From NCBI GenBank assembly GCA_034002745.1, contig JAVEZY010000006.1, positions 12,667 to 76,666 on the forward strand: 64,000 bases of DNA, given 5' to 3'. The notes beneath the pieces are model-generated. The model had not been told where the DNA came from and did no database searches. It saw only the letters and a list, made by a program, of their open reading frames with translations. This DNA is from Gammaproteobacteria bacterium. GTDB taxonomy: Bacteria > Pseudomonadota > Gammaproteobacteria > SZUA-140. Within the stretch, counting starts at the first letter, position 1; every line of letters starts with the position of its first letter. Of the stretch, positions 27,605 through 36,169 are shown piece by piece. The position numbers and the translations under genes are program-made.

Positions 27605-28695
27605 ATCCGGGGATCTCCATCACGAGCACATTTGCTGTCGCTCGCGAGTTCGACCTGCCCGGCCGCGTGGGAAACGTACGCCCCCACGGCCGCGGCCTCA
27701 TCAACGATACTTATGTCGTCGACCTGGAAAACGCTGCGACGCCGCACGCCATCCTCCAGCGCATCAGTCGCCGCGCCTTTCCGCGCCCCGATCTGATCAT
27801 GGAGAACCTGAGCACGCTGTTCGCTCATGCCGAGGCCCACGCGGGCAGGAGCGATCTGCTATTTCCATTCATCTACCGGACACGCTCGGGAGCGCTCCTG
27901 CATATCGACGAGGAAGGCAGCGCGTGGCGGGCGATGAGCTACATCGAGGGTACGCGCAGCCATCATCGCCCGCAGCACCCCGGGCATGCGCGCGAGGCCG
28001 GCCGCATCCTCGGGCGCTTCCACGCCCTGCTCTTCGACCTCGATCCGTCGCGCATGCATGACACGCGTCCCGACTTTCACAACACCCCGCGTCACCTTGC
28101 GCGGCTGAATGATGCGCTCGCACAGGCCGAACCGTCGCGCCTGAAGAATGCCGCTCCCTGGCTGGATTTCATCGACGAACGCCGCAGCCGCGCCGACCTC
28201 ATCGAGCGCGCGCTCGTCGCCGGCACCATCCGGCCGCAGGTGGTTCACGGCGATCCCAAACTGGACAACGTGCTGTTCGACGCCGAACGCGACGTGGCTG
28301 TGAGCCTGATCGATCTGGATACGGTCAAGCCGGGTGTGATTCATCACGACATCGCCGACTGCCTGCGCTCATGCTGCAATCGCGCAGGAGAAGCAGGGAC
28401 CGAAGGCGAGGTGGCTTACGAACTCGAGATGTGCAGCGCCGGACTCGCGGGCTACTTCGAAGCGGCCGGGGACGCCGCGCGGAGCATACGCACCACAGAC
28501 CTCTTTGCCGCGCTGCACCTGATCCCTTTCGAGCTGGGAGTGCGTTTCCTCGCCGATCACCTCGCGGGCGATCGCTACTTCCGCATCGATTATCCCGGAC
28601 AGAACCTGGCGCGAGCCGCGACCCAGCTGCAGCTGAGCCTGGACGTGGAACGCAAGCGCGCCCCGATCGAAGATCAGATCGAGGCATTGCTGTAG
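27601..28695 (+). CDS. Aminoglycoside-phosphotransferase-fold kinase (N-acetylhexosamine 1-kinase-like)
   Basis: GRGLINDTY, LQRI, FHNTPR, catalytic HGDPKLDNVLF, IDLDTV, ELGVRFLADHL. Confidence 0.85.
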   Translation: MNPGISITSTFAVAREFDLPGRVGNVRPHGRGLINDTYVVDLENAATPHAILQRISRRAFPRPDLIMENLSTLFAHAEAHAGRSDLLFPFIYRTRSGALLHIDEEGSAWRAMSYIEGTRSHHRPQHPGHAREAGRILGRFHALLFDLDPSRMHDTRPDFHNTPRHLARLNDALAQAEPSRLKNAAPWLDFIDERRSRADLIERALVAGTIRPQVVHGDPKLDNVLFDAERDVAVSLIDLDTVKPGVIHHDIADCLRSCCNRAGEAGTEGEVAYELEMCSAGLAGYFEAAGDAARSIRTTDLFAALHLIPFELGVRFLADHLAGDRYFRIDYPGQNLARAATQLQLSLDVERKRAPIEDQIEALL

Positions 28696-28780
28696 AGAAG
28701 CGGGAGGAAGAAGATGGCGTGAGGCTGCGTTCGTGGGTGCCGCGCACGTCACGCGGGGCGCCAGCCCCGATCACCCCGCT

Positions 28781-29056
28781 TCAGGCGAGCCTCGCCTCCA
28801 GGACGCAAGCCCGCTCGTCGAGTCGCAGATCGACCTGCCCGAAGCAGTTCACGCGGTCGGCGACGCAGCCGGAGCCTTCCATCACCAGCTCCGTGAAATG
28901 GATGTTGACGCGGGTCCAGTCGTCATTGCTGCGCGACACCTCATAGCGCAATGTATCGTCGTCGATCCATCCGTTCTGGGTGCAGAAGCGGTTGATGAGC
29001 AGGTTGCTGCGCAGCCAGGCGTCGATGCTCGGTGGAACCGGATCGGAATGCATCAT
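28781..29056 (-). CDS. Small hypothetical protein
   Basis: 91 aa (MMHSDPVPP…CVADRVNCFGQ). ATG overlaps the upstream stop (ATGA). Confidence 0.65.
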   Translation of the reverse strand: MMHSDPVPPSIDAWLRSNLLINRFCTQNGWIDDDTLRYEVSRSNDDWTRVNIHFTELVMEGSGCVADRVNCFGQVDLRLDERACVLEARLA

Positions 29057-29520
29057 CCACCCTCTTCGAGACGGTTGAGCAGCGTTTCCAGGCAGCGCTT
29101 CGCCGCCTGATAGATTCCCGGACAGCTCGATTCGCGCTGTCCACCGACATGCAATACGCGGATGCGGTTGCCACGCATCCAGCTGAGCGCCGCATCGACG
29201 TCGAACGTCTCGTCCAGGTTGAACGCCAGGACGGGGCGCCCGAGATGACGCGCCATCAGCACGGCGTACGCGGTGCCGCCCTGCAAAGCGCCCCGGTACA
29301 ACATCAGCGTACCGTCCGAGTCGCGCACATTGTGTTCGGTGCGTATGGTGTGATCCATCTCCGCCGTTTCCTGCAGCGGATAGCGTTCGGGAATCACGCC
29401 ATCGTCCGCATGACGGCCGGCCGGGCACCAGCCGCCGCAGGCGATACCTCTTTCCAGCGCGATATCGAGAGCGGCGCGATCCACGCCGGTCTGGCCGCCG
29501 GATACGATTTTTTCGATCAC
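29053..29520 (-). CDS. Putative molybdenum-carrier (SLOG-superfamily) protein
   Basis: IEKIVSGGQTGVDRAALD, GGWCPAGR, RTEHNVRDSDGTL, GGT, LHVGGQRES. GTG start with GAGGA RBS. Confidence 0.85.
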   Translation of the reverse strand: MIEKIVSGGQTGVDRAALDIALERGIACGGWCPAGRHADDGVIPERYPLQETAEMDHTIRTEHNVRDSDGTLMLYRGALQGGTAYAVLMARHLGRPVLAFNLDETFDVDAALSWMRGNRIRVLHVGGQRESSCPGIYQAAKRCLETLLNRLEEGG

Positions 29521-29684
29521 CGTCTTCCTCCGCGCAGGCAGCGCCATCGAGCAGGTCATGTCAACGATCGGATCATATTAGCGCCGCCGCTGCCGGCTGC
29601 CAATGAACCAGGCGCGGACTTCCCCCCTTTCGCGCTTTCCTGCTACCCTTGGAACGAATTCCCCTATTGTCCGGAGCACGACCG

Positions 29685-30077
29685 GTGAAGCACGACGCCC
29701 CCCAGGACAGCAGTGATTTCAGCATGGAGGCCGACGACCTCTACCGTGAAGAGATCTATACGGATCGGCGCGTCGGTACGGTCAGGCGCCTGACCCCGGT
29801 CGATCGAAGCGGGGCCGATGATGCGCGTCGGCCGGTGATCTATCTGGGTCAGACCCAGATCCTGACTCCCGTCGGCGCCCTGCCCGTCAGCTTCGAAATT
29901 CCGGCCGCTTCGCTGGAGGAAGCGATCGCAGCGTTCGGCGATGGCGCCCGCCAGGCCGCGGAACAGACGATCGAGGAACTGCGCGAAATGCGGCGCGAAG
30001 CCGCGTCCCAGATCGTCATTCCGGACGCGGGACCGGGTCTTGGCGGTCTGCCGGGAGGCGGCAAGATCCAGTTCTGA
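29685..30077 (+). CDS. Conserved-looking hypothetical cytoplasmic protein
   Basis: LYREEIYTDRRVGTVRRLTPV…GQTQILTPVGALPVSFEI…ASQIVIP; coding-like composition. Confidence 0.75.
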   Translation: MKHDAPQDSSDFSMEADDLYREEIYTDRRVGTVRRLTPVDRSGADDARRPVIYLGQTQILTPVGALPVSFEIPAASLEEAIAAFGDGARQAAEQTIEELREMRREAASQIVIPDAGPGLGGLPGGGKIQF

Positions 30078-30131
30078 ACGGCGCTGCACGCGCCCAGCGA
30101 CAGGAGGGACGGCAAACCTCGCCCGCCCGAA

Positions 30132-31694
30132 ATGACCGTAAAACCGCACACCGACGACCTCCGGCTCCTGATCGATACCCTGCCGGAGACGCTGCAGCAA
30201 AGCGTTCGACCTTACGCCGGCGACCAGCTTCTCGAAATCGTGCTCGACCTCGGCCGTCCTCCGCAGGCCCGTCTTCCGGGGCGGGCCGTGGACCTCGCTT
30301 CAACGGCGATCACCCGCAACGACCTCAGCGCCGTCATCACTCGCATCGGCGCCTTCGGCAGTGACAATCGGGCTGGCATCGAAGGCACGCTGCACCGGAT
30401 TTCCGCGATCCGCAACCGGCGCGGAGACATCGTCGGGCTCACCCTGCGCGTCGGCCGCGCCCTGTTCGGCACCATCGACCTCATTCGCGACCTGATCGAG
30501 GGCGGCCAGAGCGTGCTGCTGCTCGGCCGACCTGGCGTGGGCAAGACCACCAAGCTGCGCGAGATCGCGCGCGTGCTCGCCGACGAGTTCCAGAAGCGCG
30601 TGATCGTCATCGACACTTCCAACGAGATTGCAGGTGACGGCGATATCCCTCATGTCGCCATCGGCAGCGCAAGGCGCATGCAGGTCGCGTCGCCCGAAGC
30701 GCAGCATGCGGTCATGATCGAGGCGGTCGAGAACCACATGCCGGAAGTCATCATCATCGACGAGATCGGCACCGCGGCCGAAGCGCTCGCCGCCCGCACC
30801 ATCGCCGAACGCGGCGTTCAGCTGATCGGTACCGCGCACGGCAACACGCTGGACAACCTGGTGCGCAATCCGGTGCTGTCTGATCTGATCGGCGGCGTGC
30901 AGACGGTGACGCTCGGCGACGAGGAAGCCCGCATCCGCGGCACCCAGAAGACGATCTCCGAGCGCAAGGCGCCGCCCACCTTCACTGCGGTGGTCGAGAT
31001 CGTCGGTCACGAGGAATTGATCGTACATGCCGATACCGCGCAGGCCGTCGACGATCTGCTGCGCGGCTCACCGCCGCGTGGCTTGCGACGCACACCCGAG
31101 GGAGAACAGGCGATCGAAACACCGATGGCCATGCAGCGCCCCGCGCGCGCACCCGGCGTTCAGGGCCGGCCACTGTCGACCGGCGATCTGCGCGGAACGG
31201 TACGGATTTTCCCGTACGCCTTCGGCCGCGACATCCTGGAGCGAGTGATCAGGGACCTTCAGATCGATGCCCGCGTCGTCAATCGGCCCGAGCGCGCGCA
31301 ACTCATCATCACGCTGCGCTCGCGTACCGGGGACAGTCGATTGCAGCGCATTGCCCAGGCCAGCGGTGCGACCGTGCACGCAGTGAAGAAGAACTCCACT
31401 GCGCAGCTTCGCCATCTCCTTCGCGATCTGTTCAACCTGATGCCCGGCTTCGACGAGCGCGAAGCGGAAGCGGCCGTCAGAGAAACCGAGGAAGGCATAC
31501 AGCGCGCACTGTCCGAAGGCGTGGCGGTAACGCTCGCGCCACGTTCGGCATCCCTGCGCAGACTCCAGCACCGCGTGGCGAGCAGGCATCACCTGATTGC
31601 CGAAAGCATCGGCAGCGAACCCGGACGCCATCTGGTGATCTATCCGCATGCATTCGCCGCCGAGACGGGTGACAAGGTGAATGAGGAAAGATGA
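30132..31694 (+). CDS. Ycf45/SpoIIIAA-like AAA ATPase with C-terminal R3H domain
   Basis: [25 protein letters not shown], Walker [26 protein letters not shown]3H RRLQH. Confidence 0.88.
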   Translation: MTVKPHTDDLRLLIDTLPETLQQSVRPYAGDQLLEIVLDLGRPPQARLPGRAVDLASTAITRNDLSAVITRIGAFGSDNRAGIEGTLHRISAIRNRRGDIVGLTLRVGRALFGTIDLIRDLIEGGQSVLLLGRPGVGKTTKLREIARVLADEFQKRVIVIDTSNEIAGDGDIPHVAIGSARRMQVASPEAQHAVMIEAVENHMPEVIIIDEIGTAAEALAARTIAERGVQLIGTAHGNTLDNLVRNPVLSDLIGGVQTVTLGDEEARIRGTQKTISERKAPPTFTAVVEIVGHEELIVHADTAQAVDDLLRGSPPRGLRRTPEGEQAIETPMAMQRPARAPGVQGRPLSTGDLRGTVRIFPYAFGRDILERVIRDLQIDARVVNRPERAQLIITLRSRTGDSRLQRIAQASGATVHAVKKNSTAQLRHLLRDLFNLMPGFDEREAEAAVRETEEGIQRALSEGVAVTLAPRSASLRRLQHRVASRHHLIAESIGSEPGRHLVIYPHAFAAETGDKVNEER

Positions 31695-31745
31695 AGGAAA
31701 ACGCGCTTTTTTCTTTCCACTTTCCTCCTTGCTCTCATCCTCCCT
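31681..31745. repeat. Heptamer-armed hairpin element overlapping the R3H-ATPase stop codon
   Basis: gaggaaa-gatgaag-gaaaacg followed by tttccac-tttcctc-cttgctc. Confidence 0.55.
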
Positions 31746-31760
31746 TAGGGTTTTCCTGTA

Positions 31761-31789
31761 TTGCAATGACCAATTGATGCGCCTATAGT
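31761..31789 (+). promoter_or_regulatory. Sigma70-type promoter of the second csp gene, implying a 5' UTR of about 150 nt
   Basis: TTGCAA-17 nt-TATAGT. Confidence 0.65.
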
Positions 31790-31945
31790 CGCCATGGCCC
31801 GTGTACGTCGCGGAGCTTTTTTTACCGGAGGAAGGTTCAATTGCAACATCTCCGCTCTTCTGTTCGAACTCACGCAACACTCCCATGGAACGTGACGAGA
31901 CTTGCGATTGAACGGTTTGATCGTTCGACGACAGAGGTGATTTAG

Positions 31946-32152
31946 ATGAAGACAGGCACGGTAAAGTGGTTCAATGAAGCGAAAGGTTACGGTTTCATTT
32001 CTCCCACGGACGGTGGCGCGGATGTATTCGTCCACTACTCCGCAATTCAGGGACGCGGATTCCGAACGCTGCAGGAAGGCCAGAACGTAGCGTTCGAAAT
32101 CGAAACCGGCAACAAGGGCCCGCAGGCTACGCAGGTCTCCGTTCAGCTCTGA
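31946..32152 (+). CDS. Cold-shock protein (CspA family)
   Basis: [26 protein letters not shown]; GAGG RBS. Confidence 0.96.
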   Translation: MKTGTVKWFNEAKGYGFISPTDGGADVFVHYSAIQGRGFRTLQEGQNVAFEIETGNKGPQATQVSVQL

Positions 32153-32268
32153 CTCCGCCGCTCTCACCCGCGGCGGCCAGCGGTCGCCGCGGGTTTACCG
32201 CATTTCCAGCGCGCTTCCGGGTACGCGCATACACATACAACGAATACGAAGCGACCGGGAGGCGCGCC

Positions 32269-32538
32269 ATGAAGAAAATGTTCGTCAGTAATCTGCCCCA
32301 GGATATCTCCGAAGAGGATGTGGGAAAACTCTTTTCCGGATTCGGCAAGGTGCGCTCGGTGCAGCTCGCCTTCGATGTCTTTTCGCGCAAATGCCGCGGT
32401 TTCGGCTTCGTAGAAATGGAAGGACATGAAGCACGCGCCGCGATCGCCGGGCTGGATGGCAAGGAATACGGCGGCAAAGCGCTGCGCGTACGCTTCGACG
32501 ATGCCGGCAAGCAACGGCGCGGCGGAAGAAGAAGATAG
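32269..32538 (+). CDS. RRM (RNP-1) RNA-binding protein
   Basis: MFVSNLP (RNP2), CRGFGFVEM (RNP1), AIAGLDGKEYGGKALRV, RGG-like tail. Confidence 0.92.
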   Translation: MKKMFVSNLPQDISEEDVGKLFSGFGKVRSVQLAFDVFSRKCRGFGFVEMEGHEARAAIAGLDGKEYGGKALRVRFDDAGKQRRGGRRR

Positions 32539-32544
32539 CGCACA

Positions 32545-32660
32545 CGGAAGGACGAAGGCAGGAAGCGGAAAGTAGTCGCACGGGAATAGATTCCGCTTTC
32601 ATCCTTATCTCTTTCTTTTTTTCTCTTCCTCTTTCGACTGTTTCTTCCCCCGTCTCCCTC
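32545..32660. repeat. Heptamer-armed purine/pyrimidine element
   Basis: ggaagga-cgaaggc-aggaagc-ggaaagt followed by tttcatc…tttcttt…ttcctc-tttcgac. Confidence 0.5.
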
Positions 32661-32818
32661 CCGCGACAGACCGCATCGCTCATCGTTTCAGACGCTTGGC
32701 GCATTGCCCGCTGTTCCCCCGTCGCTTCGCACCGACAGTCTGCGCATGAAGGAACGCGCATCGACATTCTCAACCCGCTGATAAACATAGAGATCGGTGC
32801 CGTGGCACGATAGTTGTT
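32651..32818 (+). promoter_or_regulatory. Putative sigma54 promoter with two upstream GlrR-like activator sites
   Basis: TGGCACG-ATAG-TTGT at 32803-32817 (perfect -24, -12 is GT rather than GC). CGTC-N10-GACA at 32651-32668 and 32720-32737, each one mismatch from TGTC-N10-GACA. Confidence 0.5.
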
Positions 32819-32878
32819 ACAGAACACGCGGGCCAACCGGCCCCGATCGAATCTCATCCACACGAAGAGGAGATGCAC

Positions 32879-33145
32879 ATGAAAACCATCATTTCCGCAG
32901 CCGCTGCCATCGCTCTCGGTTTCGGCGCGGCCGGAGCTCTGCATGCCGAGGGCCTGCAGTCGGTTGCCGGCAGCCAGAAAAGCTTCGAAGAGGTAGACAG
33001 CGACGGTGACGGTAACGTAACGCGTGAGGAAGCGGATTCGGCCGGCATCAGCATCAACTGGGAAGAGGCCGATCCGGACGGCAATGGCTCGCTGACCCGC
33101 GAGGAGTACGAGAGCGCCACGCAGGACTCCGGCTCGAGCATGTAG
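32879..33145 (+). CDS. Small secreted two-EF-hand protein
   Basis: Signal peptide MKTIISAAAAIALGFGAAGALHA; loops DSDGDGNVTREE and DPDGNGSLTREE. Confidence 0.88.
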   Translation: MKTIISAAAAIALGFGAAGALHAEGLQSVAGSQKSFEEVDSDGDGNVTREEADSAGISINWEEADPDGNGSLTREEYESATQDSGSSM

Positions 33146-33229
33146 TTCCGGCAGGGGGCCGGCACCTGCAATGCCGGGCCTGTCCTCAGCCAACGAATCG
33201 CAATTTCACTCATGGAAGAGGAGAGTCTC

Positions 33230-33565
33230 ATGAAACCAGTAATAGCCCTGGCCGCCGCGGCGGCCCTGACCTTCGCTGCTGCACAAGTCATGGCCCAGAG
33301 CGATGTGCCGCCGGTACCCGGCGCGAGCAGCCCATCCTTCGACCAGGTTGATTCCGATGCCGACGGCCAGATCAGCCGCGAGGAAGCCGCTGCGGCTGGC
33401 ATCAGTCTGGACTGGGATAACGCTGACAGCGATGGCTCCGGTTCACTGAGCCAGGATGAGTATGACAGCGCCAGCGACCCCGGCAGCAGCATGCCGAGCG
33501 ACCCGGGCATGGGTAGCGACCCGGACATGGGTAGCGACCCCGGCGCGACCGATGGTGGCTTGTAA
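33230..33565 (+). CDS. Small secreted two-EF-hand protein (paralogue) with SDPG-repeat tail
   Basis: Signal peptide MKPVIALAAAAALTFAAAQVMA; loops DSDADGQISREE and DSDGSGSLSQDE. Confidence 0.88.
   Translation: MKPVIALAAAAALTFAAAQVMAQSDVPPVPGASSPSFDQVDSDADGQISREEAAAAGISLDWDNADSDGSGSLSQDEYDSASDPGSSMPSDPGMGSDPDMGSDPGATDGGL
33473..33550 (+). repeat. In-frame 18-bp tandem repeat (AGCGACCC…) encoding SDPG(M/S) units
   Basis: Units start at 33473, 33497, 33515 and 33533. Confidence 0.85.
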
Positions 33566-33690
33566 TCGCAGGCAGTAGCGGGCGGGCAACCGATCCGCGG
33601 GTGAATCGGCCGGTACGGGCACACGCCCGGCCGGCCTTCCGCCGGAATCGTCAGGCGGCACGCACATGACGAATATTCAGACAGGAGAAC

Positions 33691-33945
33691 ATGATGAACC
33701 GAACAATGGCCACCATGGGTGCCGCTGCCCTCGCGCTGATGCTGAGCGCCTGCAGCGGTGGAGACGGGCAGACTCCGCAGACCGACACACAGCCGCCGGG
33801 TTCGACGATGGACCGCGACACCATGTCAACGCCGCAGACGACCATGCCCGAGGAAAGTGCGCCGGATACCGGATCCACGTTTGGCGACGGCCAGACCGGA
33901 TCCGACATGAACACGCCGCCGCCAGCCAGCGGCTCACAGCCCTGA
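33691..33945 (+). CDS. Small low-complexity lipoprotein
   Basis: Lipobox LSAC; T/D/P/G/M-rich mature part; GGAG RBS. Confidence 0.75.
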   Translation: MMNRTMATMGAAALALMLSACSGGDGQTPQTDTQPPGSTMDRDTMSTPQTTMPEESAPDTGSTFGDGQTGSDMNTPPPASGSQP

Positions 33946-34080
33946 TCCCGGATCGCTTTACGGACGGCGCGGCGCGCAGGCGCCGCGCCTGCCGGCATGG
34001 TATGCCGTATGCTATTCTGCGCACATGCCATCTGGGTGCCGGAAATCGCAGACCGGCCGGGCGAAACGGCGTGGCTGCGT

Positions 34081-35550
34081 GTGAGCTTTCTAAGAACCCG
34101 ATCGATTCTCCAGCTCATCCTGATCAGCTTCATCCTCGTGATGGTGCCGCTGATCGTCGCCCTGCTCACCGCCGCAATCAATGTCGATCGCCTCAGCAAG
34201 CATGCGCAAAGGAGCGTATTCGAAGCGGTTGCAGCCACCCAGTCGAGCCGGATGCTCGTCGAGCACATCATCTCCATGGAGCGCAGCGCGCGCCAGTTCC
34301 AGGTATTGAATGATCGTGCCCTGCTCGAGGTGTATCGCGATCGCCATCACCAGTTCCAGCGGATAGCGCGCGGACTGCAGGATCTGCCTTCGTCGCAGCA
34401 GAACGAGATCCTGGCGATCGCCGAACACGAGCAAACCGTCTTTCGCCTGCTCGATGACCCGTCGTCCGACGCACAGACGATCGCCGCGGCGATCGAATCC
34501 TTTCCCACGATAAACTCCGCCGCGCGGGCGATTCTCGCCGAAAGCAGCAACCTCATCGGCGAGAGCGTCAACGAGCTGCAACAACTCGCGCGACGCGCGC
34601 AGAATCTGCTCTTCTGGCAGACGATGAGCCTGATACCGCTCGCCATCGTCCTGTTCATGCTCTTCACCGCGCTGATCATCAAACCGATGCGGCGCCTGCA
34701 TCAGGCGATCCGACGCCTCGGAGACGGCCAGTTCGAGCACGAAATCGCCATCAGCGGACCGAACGATCTGCGCGAACTCGGCGAACGCCTCGAATGGATG
34801 CGGCGGCGCATTCTCACGCTGGAAAACCAGAAGCTGATGTTCCTGCGTCACATGTCGCACGAACTGAAGACCCCGCTGACGACCATCCGCGAGGGCAGCG
34901 AACTGCTCAGTGAACAGCTGGTGGGAACCCTGAACACGGAACAGGCCGAAATCGCCGCGATGCTGCGCCAGAACAGCCTGCGCCTGCAGAAGCTGATCGA
35001 GGATCTGCTGAGCTTCAGCATCCTGGAGCGGGACGTACTGCGTGTCCGCCATGAGCCGCTGGCGCTGGATCAGCTCATCAGCGATGTGATCAGCGGCTAC
35101 CGGCTTCCGGCGCGTGCGAAGTCGGTAATCATAGAGACGAGAGTGGAACCGGTCGCGGTGGCGGGAGATCGCGACAAGCTGCGCAGCGTGGTGGACAATC
35201 TCGTCTCCAATGCCGTAAAGTACTCACCCGTCAACGGCCGCGTAACGGTATCGCTGATCGGCCGCCAGGGTCGCGCCGTCATCGATGTCGAGGACGAAGG
35301 CCCCGGCGTCGATGAGGATGAAAGAGGCAGAATCTTCAATGCCTTCTACCAGGGACGCGCACGCGCAAGCGGCCCCGTCAAGGGCACAGGACTGGGCCTT
35401 TCGATCACACGGGAATTCGTCCACCTGCACCATGGCACCATCGAGGTCATTGCGACCCCACACGGTGCACACTTCAGAGTCTCGCTGCCTTGCGATGCCG
35501 GACAGCCGGCTCCACAGGCGACCGACCAGCCACCTGAGGAATTCCCTTAG
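34081..35550 (+). CDS. GlrK/QseE-like sensor histidine kinase
   Basis: Two TM, HAMP GPNDLRELGERLEWMR, H-box RHMSHELKTPL, NLVSNAVKY, DEGPG, GTGLGL. Confidence 0.88.
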   Translation: MSFLRTRSILQLILISFILVMVPLIVALLTAAINVDRLSKHAQRSVFEAVAATQSSRMLVEHIISMERSARQFQVLNDRALLEVYRDRHHQFQRIARGLQDLPSSQQNEILAIAEHEQTVFRLLDDPSSDAQTIAAAIESFPTINSAARAILAESSNLIGESVNELQQLARRAQNLLFWQTMSLIPLAIVLFMLFTALIIKPMRRLHQAIRRLGDGQFEHEIAISGPNDLRELGERLEWMRRRILTLENQKLMFLRHMSHELKTPLTTIREGSELLSEQLVGTLNTEQAEIAAMLRQNSLRLQKLIEDLLSFSILERDVLRVRHEPLALDQLISDVISGYRLPARAKSVIIETRVEPVAVAGDRDKLRSVVDNLVSNAVKYSPVNGRVTVSLIGRQGRAVIDVEDEGPGVDEDERGRIFNAFYQGRARASGPVKGTGLGLSITREFVHLHHGTIEVIATPHGAHFRVSLPCDAGQPAPQATDQPPEEFP

Positions 35551-35554
35551 GTTC

Positions 35555-36151
35555 ATGACCGTAGGTGCCCTGCTGGCGTTGGCGGCATGCGCGACAGTTC
35601 CCGAATCGCCCGAACGGACGGACCTGCCGCCGGACGTCGAAAGCCCTCCTCCGCAGACGACCGGACAGCAGCCGCCGGAGACGAGCGACACGACCGACGT
35701 CGCCCCGGGCACTCCCTCGCCGCCGAGCGACGAAGGTAGCAGTGTGCCGGATGCCGCGGCCGAATCCGCCGTGATACAGTTTGCCGACGCCTGGCTCGAA
35801 CTGGCGGACGAGGCGCGTAGTCGGCAGTACCAGCAAGCGAGAGCCGACTATGAGTCGAGCGCCGACTTCGATGATCTCGTGCGGCTCGGGCTACTCACCA
35901 CGCTGCGCACCAACGACCGGGCAGCAGCATCCCGCATCAATGACGAGATCCGCAGCCGGCTGGAGACCGACGCAGAGCACGCGCTGGCCCCGCTTGCCCG
36001 AGTGGTGCTGCGGATCCTCGATGAACGCGCGCGCGCCATCGGCCGGCTGGCGGCGCAGAATGAGACGCTGCAGCGTCAGCTCGATGAACTGAAGGCGATC
36101 GAGGAGCAGCTTCGGGAACGCGGCCGCCCCGAGCCGATACAGGCACCTTAG
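35555..36151 (+). CDS. QseG/YfhG-like lipoprotein; start could be slightly upstream
   Basis: Lipobox LAAC, P/T-rich linker, C-terminal coiled coil NETLQRQLDELKAIEEQLRER. Lies between the kinase and the sigma54 regulator, as qseG does. Confidence 0.75.
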   Translation: MTVGALLALAACATVPESPERTDLPPDVESPPPQTTGQQPPETSDTTDVAPGTPSPPSDEGSSVPDAAAESAVIQFADAWLELADEARSRQYQQARADYESSADFDDLVRLGLLTTLRTNDRAAASRINDEIRSRLETDAEHALAPLARVVLRILDERARAIGRLAAQNETLQRQLDELKAIEEQLRERGRPEPIQAP

Positions 36152-36169
36152 ACAGGAAGGAATTGCGGC

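Noticed and set aside
33160-33175. Second sigma54 promoter (CGGCACC-TGCA-ATGCC)
   Set aside because: The GG-N10-GC spacing arises from the CCGGCA/TGCCGG hairpin after the first EF-hand gene, so a terminator-like stem is the simpler explanation.
33998-34013. Sigma54 promoter for glrK (TGGTATG-CCGT-ATGCT)
   Set aside because: Spacing is correct, but both halves deviate, it lies in a GGCAT/ATGCC palindrome, and no activator site is adjacent; too weak to list.
32820-34080. GlmY-like sRNA upstream of glrK
   Set aside because: The space is filled by three ORFs with RBS and signal peptides, and no GlmY-like sequence was recognised.
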